64,000 nt of DNA, from contig JAVZLK010000002.1 of NCBI GenBank assembly GCA_038883795.1, positions 1 through 64,000 on the forward strand, given 5' to 3'. The notes under the pieces are model-generated. The model was not told the origin of the DNA and searched no databases. It saw nothing but the letters and a program-made list of their open reading frames with translations. Positions 1-9,407 of the stretch are shown piece after piece; positions within the stretch are counted from its first letter, which is position 1; the number at the start of each line of letters is the position of its first letter. Position numbers and translations under genes: made by a program. Origin of the DNA: Candidatus Bathyarchaeia archaeon. Lineage in GTDB: Archaea; Thermoproteota; Bathyarchaeia; Bathyarchaeales; Bathycorpusculaceae.

Positions 1-343
1 CGACTTCGCCGTCGTCTCTGTCTGGTCTGGCTGAGCTTAGGACTAGTATAACTGTGTCATCAACTTCTGTTACTTGCGAAAAAGGGAAAAACTCTTTGAA
101 GAGCAAATAGCCCGTTGAACGATAGTCATGGTTTCCGCTTACATAAATGACTTTTTCCGCCTTCAATCTTTTCAATTCTTTAACTGCCGTTTTAAACTCT
201 GATATTAAACCGTTTTCCGTTAAATCTCCACAAACCAGAACCACATCTGGAGACAAATCGTTAATTTCTTTAATGCTTGCCCTAAGCGTTTCTTTGCTGA
301 GCATTGGACCGCAGTGGACGTCTGATATTTGAGCAATTAGCAT
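1..343 (-). CDS. Calcineurin-like metallophosphoesterase (CpdA/Icc-like), runs off the window edge
   Basis: Not in the ORF track. Manual translation from ATG 343: MLIAQISDVHCG...VLVCGDLTENG...SGNHDYR, i.e. DxH, GD and GNHD motifs. Confidence 0.85.
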   Translation of the reverse strand, partial: MLIAQISDVHCGPMLSKETLRASIKEINDLSPDVVLVCGDLTENGLISEFKTAVKELKRLKAEKVIYVSGNHDYRSTGYLLFKEFFPFSQVTEVDDTVILVLSSARPDRDDGEV

Positions 344-349
344 GCTGTT

Positions 350-1018
350 TCATTCTCTGCTTGCAAGTATAACAATGTAGTCCGCTGTGTCAGCGCACAT
401 ATCGGCGGCGTGTTCAATAAACTCGATTAGGTCGTCGAAAATTACCATGGCGCCACAGTTCACTTTGTCCGAAAACTTTGTGAACAAAGCCTTTGTTTTC
501 AAATATTCCTCGTCAATTTCATGTTCAATCTCTTCAACTTTTTTGGCGCCTTGCATGGCTGCTGCAGCGTCAACTGTTATTTTTTCGAGGCTCCCCCGTA
601 ATGCGTGGGCGCAATCCACCAGTGTTGCCGTCATGTGAGCTGCGCTGTCCCACAATTCTTTTGGAACATTAGTGTCTCCGAGCATTTTTACGCACCTTGC
701 CACGTCTTTCACGTGGTCTGCGAGGGTGTCAAGGCGTTTAACAAGGTGCATTAGGTCTTCGCGGTATTCCGCAAATAGGGCCGCGCCTTTTGAGAGTTCT
801 TTGAAAACTTCTGTTCTTAGGCTGTCCACTTCTTTTTCCACTTTGAAGAGGTTTTCGATGCTTTGGAATGCCTCTTTCTTTTTTCCCTCTGAAATGTTTT
901 TTATGGCTTGGTTTAGCAGTGTTACCGTGTCTAGGGCTTTTGTTATTTGTTCTTGGGCTAAGTCTAAGGCTTTTGTTCTTCTGCGTCTTTCAAACCATGC
1001 ATAGCTTCTTTTTTCCAA
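350..1018 (-). CDS. DUF47/PhoU-like phosphate transport regulator
   Basis: Helical protein with two E-x-E-x-D repeats (EKEVDSLR, EHEIDEEY) and DTLADHVKD / EHAADMCAD; TTG start. Confidence 0.8.
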   Translation of the reverse strand: MEKRSYAWFERRRRTKALDLAQEQITKALDTVTLLNQAIKNISEGKKKEAFQSIENLFKVEKEVDSLRTEVFKELSKGAALFAEYREDLMHLVKRLDTLADHVKDVARCVKMLGDTNVPKELWDSAAHMTATLVDCAHALRGSLEKITVDAAAAMQGAKKVEEIEHEIDEEYLKTKALFTKFSDKVNCGAMVIFDDLIEFIEHAADMCADTADYIVILASRE

Positions 1019-1053
1019 TTTTACATCCCTTTTTAAACTTCTATTTTACAAGT

Positions 1054-1542
1054 TCACTTATAACCCTTCTCTAAATTCCCCCTTTCAGGGAAAGAGGATT
1101 CGGATACCCAGCGGGCGGCTTTTTTACCTTTCTCATCTATAACGTATTCTTTTTTGAAGATGGGTGCTTCTTTCTTGTATCTTTCCACGGCTTCTTCTAA
1201 AACTGGAAAGACATTTTTGCGGTGAGAGCCAGCAACTATAACGTATACTATTTCTTCGCCAACATTAAATTCGCCGAGTAAATGGTGAATTTGAACATTA
1301 ACTATACCATCTCTTCGCTCCAAATCTTGGCAGATTTTGGCTAAAACTTCGTTTGCCTTCTCTTCGTAAGCTTCCAACTCCAATTTTTGAACCTTTTCCT
1401 TTTTCAAAGTTTCTCCACGAACTATTCCAATAAACAAGGCAATTGCTCCAGCCTTCTGAAAATTTGGCAAATTTTTGACATTCTTAATCGCTTCTGAAAG
1501 AGAAAATTTCCCTTTTTCGTGAACTCCAGCGGAAGTTTTCAT
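1054..1542 (-). CDS. moaE: Molybdopterin synthase catalytic subunit
   Basis: GAIALFIGIVR, LELEAY, HRK, K-x-EAPIFKKE motifs; ATG 1542 follows a GGTG SD. Confidence 0.9.
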   Translation of the reverse strand: MKTSAGVHEKGKFSLSEAIKNVKNLPNFQKAGAIALFIGIVRGETLKKEKVQKLELEAYEEKANEVLAKICQDLERRDGIVNVQIHHLLGEFNVGEEIVYVIVAGSHRKNVFPVLEEAVERYKKEAPIFKKEYVIDEKGKKAARWVSESSFPERGNLEKGYK

Positions 1543-1585
1543 GATAAACACCACGATACAATTTGCTCAAGTTTTCTATTAAACG

Positions 1586-2539
1586 TTAACATGGCTTCTT
1601 CAATAGCTTGTTACCTAGATTGTTAAGCATTCGATAATAGGCTTTTGTTTTTTCGTGAGCTAATTGTATTGTGATTTTGGAAAATTCTATGGTGTCGTTT
1701 GGTTTTGCTTGTCCAAGCATGGAAACGTCTGGTGTGATGGCTACGGCAATTTTTGGATAGCCGCCCGTTGTTTGGGCGTCCCGCATTATCACAATTGGTT
1801 TTCCACTTTTTGGGACCTGAATTGCGCCTGGCAGAAGGGCATCCGAAACTATGTCTGCTTTTGCTTTATGCTCTATTGTTGGTCCTTCAAGTCGGTATCC
1901 CATGCGGTCCGCTTCTGGTGTGACTTTATATGGGTTTGAAAGGAAGGTCTTTATCCCATTTTCTGTAAACATGTCGGCTTGCGGTCCCAATACAACATGA
2001 ACTGTGAATTTGCCCGTATATTGGGGTATCAACTCTTCCGGCATTAAATACTTAGTTTTAAGGGGTGAAGTGGCGAAGCCTTCAATTATATCTCCACTTT
2101 TTAATTGCTTGCCGTTGATGCCTCCAAACCCGCCACGCACATAGGTGGATCTGCTTCCAAGCACCAGCGGCGTGTTTATTCCGCCTCTCATGGAAAGGTA
2201 TGCTCGGCATCCGCTTTTCATCTTTCCAAAAGAGATTATGTCACCTGCTTTTACTCGTAATGTTTGCCACATGGGAACATTTTCGTCATTAATTTTTGGT
2301 TCTGCGTTTCCACCTGTTATTGCAATATAAGTTTTTGTTAGGGCTTTAAGTTCTGGACCTATTAGGGTTATTTCTAAACAAGCCTCATTTGGGTTGTTTT
2401 CAACCAAGAGGTTTGCTGCAGTTAGTGCGAATTGATCCATGGCGCCTGAAATTGGCACGCCATATTGTAGATAGCCGTATCTTCCTAAGTCTTGGACGGT
2501 TGTGAATAATCCTGGTTTTAAAACTTGAAAAACTTGCAT
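1586..2539 (-). CDS. pxpC: 5-oxoprolinase subunit C (KipA / allophanate hydrolase subunit 2 family)
   Basis: PGLFTTVQDLGR, GVPISGAMD, DRMGYRL, DAQTTGGYPKI. Confidence 0.9.
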   Translation of the reverse strand: MQVFQVLKPGLFTTVQDLGRYGYLQYGVPISGAMDQFALTAANLLVENNPNEACLEITLIGPELKALTKTYIAITGGNAEPKINDENVPMWQTLRVKAGDIISFGKMKSGCRAYLSMRGGINTPLVLGSRSTYVRGGFGGINGKQLKSGDIIEGFATSPLKTKYLMPEELIPQYTGKFTVHVVLGPQADMFTENGIKTFLSNPYKVTPEADRMGYRLEGPTIEHKAKADIVSDALLPGAIQVPKSGKPIVIMRDAQTTGGYPKIAVAITPDVSMLGQAKPNDTIEFSKITIQLAHEKTKAYYRMLNNLGNKLLKKPC

Positions 2540-3280
2540 TTACTCTTCCTCAAAAGTAGGTTTCCATTCGCCTTTTGAGACGGCTTTTTCAATTGTTTTG
2601 AATTCACTTTCAGAAATTGGTTTAAACTTCACAATATCTCCTGGTTTTAGCAATGTAGGCGGTTGCTGAAGTGGATTGAAGAGTTTAAGTGGTGTTCTGC
2701 CTATTATTCGCCATCCTCCTGGTGCTTCGCAAGGGTAAATTCCCGTCTGTTTTTCTGCAATGCCCACGGAGCCTGCTGGAACTTTTAGTCTTGGTGTTTC
2801 AAGGCGTGGTGTTGCAATTTTGTCTGGAACTTCTCCCAAATATGGAAAACCAGCAACGAATCCAATCATGTAAACCCTATATTCCTTTTCAGAATGCAAC
2901 TTCACAACCATTTCTTCGGTTATCCCATGATATTTGGCGACAAAGCCTATGTCTGGTCCATATTCTCCACCATAAACTACTGGAACAATTATTTTTCTTC
3001 CTCGAGTTTCTTTGGCAAATTTATCAAGGTTTTTCTCAATGTCTTTAATTTGGAATACGAGGTGCTCGTAAGTGGTTTCTAATGGGTTATAGCGGATTAG
3101 GAGAGAGCGGTATGTGGGAACGGTTTCTTCGACTCCCTTAATGTTGGCTTTTGAAACAGTATGGTTTAGGACTATGACTTTTTGGTTTGCTTCAAGACTT
3201 ATTACATTGCCAAACTCAACGACTAGGGCGCTGTCGCCGAAAGGCAAGTAACGGGCAGATTCGTAAATTTTCGCTTGCAT
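2540..3280 (-). CDS. pxpB: 5-oxoprolinase subunit B (KipI family)
   Basis: GDSALVVEFG, VPTYRSLL, YGGEYGPD, GFVAGFPYL, PGGWRIIGRTP. Confidence 0.9.
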   Translation of the reverse strand: MQAKIYESARYLPFGDSALVVEFGNVISLEANQKVIVLNHTVSKANIKGVEETVPTYRSLLIRYNPLETTYEHLVFQIKDIEKNLDKFAKETRGRKIIVPVVYGGEYGPDIGFVAKYHGITEEMVVKLHSEKEYRVYMIGFVAGFPYLGEVPDKIATPRLETPRLKVPAGSVGIAEKQTGIYPCEAPGGWRIIGRTPLKLFNPLQQPPTLLKPGDIVKFKPISESEFKTIEKAVSKGEWKPTFEEE

Positions 3281-3298
3281 TGCTAAACCTTAAAATTG

Positions 3299-4072
3299 TT
3301 AGATAAAGTTGCCAACAGCCGTAACTTCTACTCTAGACTTAACCAGTTCCTTTTTTAAAGTCTGTGTTAATTTTATGGCTGTTGGTGTATCGCCATGCAC
3401 GCAGATGGTATGCACTTTACCTAAGGTTATGGCTTCACCGTTGACACCCAACACTTTTCCTTCCTTTATCACTTTTATGGTTCTTTCGAGAACTGCGGAT
3501 GGCTCCATGATGATGGAGTTTGGTTGTTTTCTTGAGACGAGGCTTCCATCGGGGTTGTAAGCTCTGTCAGCAAAAAACTCGTAGGCAACACGTAATCCTG
3601 CATTGCTGGCGACCTTAGCTAAGATTGATTTTGGAGGAGCAAAAATTATGAGGTTTTTGTCTAACGCCTTAACTGCTTCCACTATTCCCCTGCTTGTTTC
3701 CTCATCTTTTACCGCTGTATTGTATAATGCTCCATGAGGCTTCACATGTTGAAGGTTTAAGCCACCTATTTTTGCGAACCCTTGAAGGGCGCTAACCTGA
3801 TAAATTGTATAGTTTTTGATTTCTTCCATGGTTAGGCGCATTTCTCTCCTTCCAAAACCCAGAAGGTCTGGATAACCCGGATGAGCGCCCACGGCAACAC
3901 CATGCTTTTTAGCTAATTTAATAGTTTTTGCCATCGTCAGCGGGTCGCCTGCGTGGAATCCGCAGGCTACGTTTGCAGATGTTATGTATGGCATTATTCC
4001 CATGTCGTTTCCGACTTTAAATGCTCCGTAGCTTTCGCCTAAATCACAGTTTATATCTATTTTTAGCGTCAA
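3299..4072 (-). CDS. pxpA: 5-oxoprolinase subunit A (LamB/YcsF)
   Basis: DINCDLGES, SANVACGFHAGDP, HVKPHGALYN, TICVHGD. Confidence 0.93.
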   Translation of the reverse strand: MTLKIDINCDLGESYGAFKVGNDMGIMPYITSANVACGFHAGDPLTMAKTIKLAKKHGVAVGAHPGYPDLLGFGRREMRLTMEEIKNYTIYQVSALQGFAKIGGLNLQHVKPHGALYNTAVKDEETSRGIVEAVKALDKNLIIFAPPKSILAKVASNAGLRVAYEFFADRAYNPDGSLVSRKQPNSIIMEPSAVLERTIKVIKEGKVLGVNGEAITLGKVHTICVHGDTPTAIKLTQTLKKELVKSRVEVTAVGNFI

Positions 4073-4092
4073 CTTTTATCACTCTAATAATT

Positions 4093-5124
4093 TTATAGTG
4101 AAACGTATTTTCTCATGTCTTCGACAGCAGCGGAAGGCACTGGCAAATCTTTCATTGTAAGCAAGCCCGGCGGCGCCTTAATCACTTTTGGAATCGCGTT
4201 AACCACCATTGCTACTGTGCCTATGTCACCGTGCACGCATGGCTGAATTTTCTGTTTTACGTTTGGGACCCCATAAATTGTTATGGCGTCATATTCCTCT
4301 TCTGCGCCTATGTAGGCTTGAAAATCGAGGATAATAACCTCCTTATTCTTGATTATGCCCTTTGCCTTTTGTCGTAAACCCGCTGTTTGTCCAGTCTTGA
4401 CTTTTATGTGTTCGCTTTCTACTGGTTTTTTGGCGATTACTGGTTCAACTGGCTCGGCTATTATTTTGTCAAGTTTCCATGCTAGGGCATCAGCTATTAA
4501 GGCAATAGACTGCTCAAGTCCCACATGTCCCGTAATTTGCTTGGTTTCAATCTTCTTCTGAAACTCTTCAAGGGTTAAGCCAGCTCCAATCTTTTTTTGG
4601 AATGGCAAGCGCCTGGTGGCTGCATTCATAACTCTTACTGCTTCAATTTTCTCTATTTTTTGGCAGACGGCCGTAAGCGTTATCACTAGAGTGTCCATTA
4701 GGAAACCCGGGTTTATGCCTGTGCCCAAAACAGTTGAGCCATGCTTTTTAGCAAGCGTATCTAGTTCTCTTGCCATTTTTGGTTCTGTATAATATGGGTT
4801 AGCTAGTTCTTCGCATGTGGATACTACTTTGACGCCGTGTTTTATGAGGGTGGCTAATTGTTGGTGTGTGTCTTTTAGAAAGGAGGAGGTTGCGTGGATG
4901 GCTATGTCCGGTTTGGCTTTTGAAAGAACCGCATCAACGTTGTCTGAAATTTTGACGCCGACTTTCTTGTTTATGCCTAAAACTTCCCCTAAATCTTTTC
5001 CAACCTTATCTTTGGCAACGTCGATGGCTCCGACTATTTCCACTCCTTCCTTTTCAAGCAAAAACTTTGCAATTAAACTGCCAACAGCCCCAACTCCGAA
5101 AATGGCAACTCTTACTTTTTTCAT
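4093..5124 (-). CDS. 2,4-diaminopentanoate dehydrogenase (Ord) / native amine dehydrogenase family, DapB-like Rossmann fold
   Basis: GVGAVG dinucleotide motif, VGKDLGE, STCEEL, LGTGINPGF, C-terminal GDIGT...NAIP...APPGL. Confidence 0.8.
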   Translation of the reverse strand: MKKVRVAIFGVGAVGSLIAKFLLEKEGVEIVGAIDVAKDKVGKDLGEVLGINKKVGVKISDNVDAVLSKAKPDIAIHATSSFLKDTHQQLATLIKHGVKVVSTCEELANPYYTEPKMARELDTLAKKHGSTVLGTGINPGFLMDTLVITLTAVCQKIEKIEAVRVMNAATRRLPFQKKIGAGLTLEEFQKKIETKQITGHVGLEQSIALIADALAWKLDKIIAEPVEPVIAKKPVESEHIKVKTGQTAGLRQKAKGIIKNKEVIILDFQAYIGAEEEYDAITIYGVPNVKQKIQPCVHGDIGTVAMVVNAIPKVIKAPPGLLTMKDLPVPSAAVEDMRKYVSL

Positions 5125-5274
5125 TTGTTAGTCTCCTTTTTCGTTTATCTTTATTGTTTTTATGTTTCTATAAATTTGTCTTGTGGGTTTGATGGTGTTT
5201 TATTAATGTTCAAAAACTTTACGTTTGTAAAGTTTATATCTTGGAGAAACCTCAATAGTAAAGAGGCATAGAGG

Positions 5275-6711
5275 TTGCAAACCACAGAAACCATAATCTC
5301 TAAGGAAAACCTCAAAAAACTCTTAGACATTGAAAAATTGAAATACTGCTTCGAATGTGGCATCTGTACAGCCAGCTGTCCCATGGCAGAACTCTTGGGA
5401 GCATCCTACAACCCCAGGGGGCTTTTGGAAAAAATTTTCTTGAATCCCGAAAGCGTTCTTAATTCTGATGAGCTTTGGCTTTGTGCTTGGTGTTACCGCT
5501 GTTATAGGCATTGTCCACAAGCGCTTAAAATACCAGAAATCCTTCTCTTCTTGCGGAGAACAGCTGTAGAACACGGAATTTTAGCGCCTCTTGAAAATGC
5601 TCTGCAAAAAATAGTTGAGAATGTTCCGCTTCCGCTTGCAACCACTTTGGTTTGCTATCATCCAGAACGTGTTGGAATGGATAAAGAGAAAATTCTTGAA
5701 AAAATTGAGCAAATGCGCCTTGAACGTTTAAAGAAGAGAAAAAGAGCAAGAGCAACAAAAGATTCTCAAAGAAAAATTGCTGTTATAGGTTCTGGACCCG
5801 CCGGTCTCACAGTTGCCTACCAACTAGCTCAGAAAAAATGTAAAGTTACGATTTTTGAAGCTCTTCCCGAGGCGGGCGGAATGTTGAGGAAATGTATTCC
5901 TGAGTATCGCTTTCCAAAGCAAGTTTTAGCCAAAGAAATCAATTTCCTAAAAGATTTGGGTGTGGAAATAAGGACTGGCGTAACTGTTGGTAAGGATTTG
6001 AGTTTTGAAGATTTATGGAATGAAGGTTACAAAGCCATTTTTATCGGTGTTGGTGCTCATGAAAGTCAAAAATTAAGAGTTGAAGGTGTAGATTTGGAAG
6101 GCGTAATTCACGCCCTCGACTTTTTATGGAAAGTTAACTGTGGCGAAAAAATGGAAATGGGAAAGAATATCGCCGTTATTGGTGGCGGAAACGTTGCAAT
6201 AGACGCTGCCAGAACCGCACTGCAAAATGGCGCAAAGGAAGCCACAATCTTCTATCGCAGGTCAAGAGAGGAGATGCCAGCAAATCCATGGGAAGTTAAA
6301 GAAGCAGAAGATGAAGGCGTAAAAATCGAGTTTTTGGTTGCTCCTAAAAGATTTTTGGGAAAAAATGGGAAGGTTTCATCCATCGAGTTTGTTCGCATGC
6401 AACTCGGCGAGCCAGACGAGTCTGGCAGAAGGAAACCCATTCCAATAGAAGGTTCAGAATTCACAAGGGAAGCTGATATGGTGATTTTGGCGATAGGCGA
6501 GACACCAAATTTGAAATTTTTGCCAAAAGAGATAATGTTAAATGATGATGGAACCGTTTGGGTTGACCCAATAACCATGGAAACAAGCTTGAAAGGGGTT
6601 TTCGCTGGAGGGGACGCTGCCACGGGTCCGGCAACGGTTATTGAGGCAATTAAAGCTGGAAAGCGTGCTGCAGAATCGATTGAAAACTACTTGGAATCTT
6701 TGGGAGGATAA
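5275..6711 (+). CDS. Fusion of an HdrC-like 2x[4Fe-4S] domain and a GltD/NfnB-like FAD/NAD(P)H oxidoreductase
   Basis: N-terminal CFECGICTASCP and LWLCAWCYRCYRHCP; then GSGPAG, IPEYR, GGGNVAID, YRRS, FAGGD. Confidence 0.85.
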   Translation: MQTTETIISKENLKKLLDIEKLKYCFECGICTASCPMAELLGASYNPRGLLEKIFLNPESVLNSDELWLCAWCYRCYRHCPQALKIPEILLFLRRTAVEHGILAPLENALQKIVENVPLPLATTLVCYHPERVGMDKEKILEKIEQMRLERLKKRKRARATKDSQRKIAVIGSGPAGLTVAYQLAQKKCKVTIFEALPEAGGMLRKCIPEYRFPKQVLAKEINFLKDLGVEIRTGVTVGKDLSFEDLWNEGYKAIFIGVGAHESQKLRVEGVDLEGVIHALDFLWKVNCGEKMEMGKNIAVIGGGNVAIDAARTALQNGAKEATIFYRRSREEMPANPWEVKEAEDEGVKIEFLVAPKRFLGKNGKVSSIEFVRMQLGEPDESGRRKPIPIEGSEFTREADMVILAIGETPNLKFLPKEIMLNDDGTVWVDPITMETSLKGVFAGGDAATGPATVIEAIKAGKRAAESIENYLESLGG

Positions 6712-6715
6712 TGGC

Positions 6716-9124
6716 ATGGCTGAAGGTGAAATCCGCATCGGAGTTTATGTTTGCCACTGCGGCTTAAACATAGCTGGCTCCGTAGACTGCGAAGAAGTGG
6801 CAAAATACGCGGCAACCCTTCCTCATGTTGTTTTAGCAAAAGACAACCGTTACACATGCTCAGACCAAGGACAAGAAATGATAAAGAACGACATTAAAGA
6901 ACACAGGCTTAACCGTGTGGTTGTAGCTTCATGTTCGCCAAGGCTTCATGAACCCACCTTTAGAAAAACATGCGAAGATGCTGGTTTGAACAAGTATCTT
7001 TTTGAAATGGCTAACATACGCGAGCAGTGCAGTTGGGTGCATCTGCATGATCGGAAGGCTGCTACTGAAAAGGCTAAGGATCTTGTGAAGATGGTTGTGG
7101 CTAAGGCTGCTTTGCTTCAACCCGCAGAAGAAATTGAGGTGCCAATTATTCGGGAAGCCCTTGTGATTGGTGGTGGAGTGGCTGGCATCCAAGCGGCTTT
7201 GGATTTGGCTGATACCGGTTATAAAGTCTATTTAGTTGAGAAGGAGCCAAGCATCGGTGGGATGATGGCACGTATTGACAAGACTTTTCCAACGATGGAC
7301 TGTTCCATTTGTATTCTTGCGCCTAAAATGTCTGATGTTGGGCATCATCCAAACATTGAACTGTTAACCAATAGCGAAGTTATGGATGTGAAAGGGTACA
7401 TTGGCAACTTTAACGTTAAAGTTTTGAAAAAACCACGCTACGTCAAAAGTGACTGTTCAGCATGCGGAGAATGCTCAAAGGTTTGTCCAGTAATCGCTCC
7501 AAACGAGTTTGACGCTGGATTAGCTATAAGACATGCCATTTACACACCCTTCGCCCAAGCAGTTCCATCCACATACATAATTGACATGAGCAGATGCCTC
7601 AACAAAGACGGAGTAACCGTCTGCGACAAATGCATAAAGGCTTGCGAAAGACAAGCCATAGACTTTGACATGAAACCAGAAACCATAGAACTTAAAGTCG
7701 GAACAATAATAGTAGCCATAGGCGCAGATGTCTTCGACCCCTCTGTCTTACCGAATTATGGGTATGGAAAATACTCGAACGTGATAACGTCTCTTGAATT
7801 TGAAAGATTAATAAATGCTGGCGGTCCTTCGGGCGGGCATCTTATAAGACCAAGCGATATGCAAATTCCCCAACGGGTAGCTTTCATCCAATGTGTCGGT
7901 TCCCGTTCAGATAGAAATGGAAGACTATATTGCAGTAACGTTTGCTGCATGAACACAATAAAAGATAGCCTCCTCATTAAGGAGCATTGGCCTGAAACAG
8001 AAATTTACGTTTTTTACGTTGACATAAGGGCTTATGGAAAAGGTTTTGAAGACCTATACAAGCGTGCAAAAAAGGAAGGCGTCATATTCATCAGAGGGCT
8101 TCCAGCAGAGATAATAGAAGACAGAAAAACTCATAATTTGTGGCTCATCGGCGAAAACACGCTTCAGAAAGAGCTATACAAAATCAATGTTGACATGGTA
8201 ATTCTTTCGGTTGGTTTGGAGCCGAGAAAAGACAGTGAAATCATCCAGCGTTTGCTAACATTATCAAGAACTCAAGACGGCTTCTTTATGGAGGCGCATC
8301 CAAAACTTAGACCAGTAGACGCTGCCACTGGCGGAATATTCTTTGCTGGATGTGCTGAAGCGCCTAAAGACATAAAGGACAGCGTAACACAAGCAAGCGC
8401 CGCCGCTGCTAGAGCTGGCATTTTAATGGCTAAGGGAAAAGTGACTGTTGAAGCCATAACGCCAATTTCCTATGCCGATAAGTGTAAGGCTTGCGGGCTT
8501 TGCACAAAAGTTTGTCCCTATAATGCTATAACATTAAACAAGGAGTTAAAGCGCATTGAGATTATTGAGGCTGCTTGTGGCGGATGTGGAACTTGCGCTG
8601 CAGAATGTCCTTTTGATGCTTTAACCCAAAATCACTTTACTGATGAACAAATCTTAGCGCAGATAGATGCTGTAACGGAAGTTAATGCTGAAAAGAAAAT
8701 TGTTGCCTTCTGCTGTAACTGGTGCGCCTATGCTGGCGCAGACTTTGCTGGCGTAAGCCGAATGCAATATCCGCCCAACGTGCGAATAATAAGGACCATG
8801 TGTTCTGGACGGGTGGCTCCAAAATTCATAGAAAGAGCCTTTGCAAGGGGAGCCGCAGCCGTTTTAGTAGCTGGCTGTCATCCTGGAGACTGCCACTACA
8901 TAAATGCCAATTATCATACTAAAAGGCGTGTGGAACGTTTCTGGGAGAAAATGGAGAAAAATGGACTGAACAAGGAAAGGTTGCAGTTGTTGTGGGCTTC
9001 GGCGGCTGAAGGCGAAAGATTTGCTTCAAAAATCCGTGAAATGCAAGCCATAGTGGAAAAAGTGACCAGAGAAGAGATAGAAAATGGCAAAAGAGTTTTT
9101 GAAAAAGCCTTAGGTGGGAGTTAG
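6716..9124 (+). CDS. hdrA: Heterodisulfide reductase subunit A fused to MvhD
   Basis: GVYVCHCGLNI, SCSPRLHE, GGGVAG, DKTFPTMDCSICIL, QCVGSR, C-terminal ferredoxin, then MvhD motifs FCCNWCAYAGAD, MCSGRV, GCHPGDCHY. Start moved to ATG 6716 after GGAGG. Confidence 0.92.
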   Translation: MAEGEIRIGVYVCHCGLNIAGSVDCEEVAKYAATLPHVVLAKDNRYTCSDQGQEMIKNDIKEHRLNRVVVASCSPRLHEPTFRKTCEDAGLNKYLFEMANIREQCSWVHLHDRKAATEKAKDLVKMVVAKAALLQPAEEIEVPIIREALVIGGGVAGIQAALDLADTGYKVYLVEKEPSIGGMMARIDKTFPTMDCSICILAPKMSDVGHHPNIELLTNSEVMDVKGYIGNFNVKVLKKPRYVKSDCSACGECSKVCPVIAPNEFDAGLAIRHAIYTPFAQAVPSTYIIDMSRCLNKDGVTVCDKCIKACERQAIDFDMKPETIELKVGTIIVAIGADVFDPSVLPNYGYGKYSNVITSLEFERLINAGGPSGGHLIRPSDMQIPQRVAFIQCVGSRSDRNGRLYCSNVCCMNTIKDSLLIKEHWPETEIYVFYVDIRAYGKGFEDLYKRAKKEGVIFIRGLPAEIIEDRKTHNLWLIGENTLQKELYKINVDMVILSVGLEPRKDSEIIQRLLTLSRTQDGFFMEAHPKLRPVDAATGGIFFAGCAEAPKDIKDSVTQASAAAARAGILMAKGKVTVEAITPISYADKCKACGLCTKVCPYNAITLNKELKRIEIIEAACGGCGTCAAECPFDALTQNHFTDEQILAQIDAVTEVNAEKKIVAFCCNWCAYAGADFAGVSRMQYPPNVRIIRTMCSGRVAPKFIERAFARGAAAVLVAGCHPGDCHYINANYHTKRRVERFWEKMEKNGLNKERLQLLWASAAEGERFASKIREMQAIVEKVTREEIENGKRVFEKALGGS

Positions 9125-9126
9125 CT

Positions 9127-9405
9127 ATGCCCGTTAGACTTTGGCGCAAACCATTAGACACTGAAAAATTGAAGCTTCCAAAAGCCGAAATCCACATACT
9201 AAAAGACCAGTGTAAAGGATGCGGCTTCTGCATCCATTTCTGTCCCAAAAAAGTTTTGGAAGAATCTGAAGAAATAAATGCTAGAGGTGTTCATCCTCCA
9301 AAGATCGTTGATGAAAGCAAGTGCATCATTTGTAGTTTTTGCACTTCAGTTTGTCCAGACTTCGCAATTTTTGTTGTTGAAAAACCATGTAAAGAGGGAT
9401 GTTAA
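9127..9405 (+). CDS. korD: 2-oxoacid:ferredoxin oxidoreductase delta subunit (2x[4Fe-4S] ferredoxin)
   Basis: CKGCGFCIHFCP and CIICSFCTSVCPDFAI; directly upstream of alpha subunit. Confidence 0.85.
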   Translation: MPVRLWRKPLDTEKLKLPKAEIHILKDQCKGCGFCIHFCPKKVLEESEEINARGVHPPKIVDESKCIICSFCTSVCPDFAIFVVEKPCKEGC

Positions 9406-9407
9406 AT

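Noticed and set aside
6716-9124. Selenocysteine or pyrrolysine recoding in HdrA/MvhD
   Set aside because: Positions that carry Sec in some methanogens are ordinary Cys codons here (DCSIC, CNWC, GCHPGDCHY); no in-frame stops.
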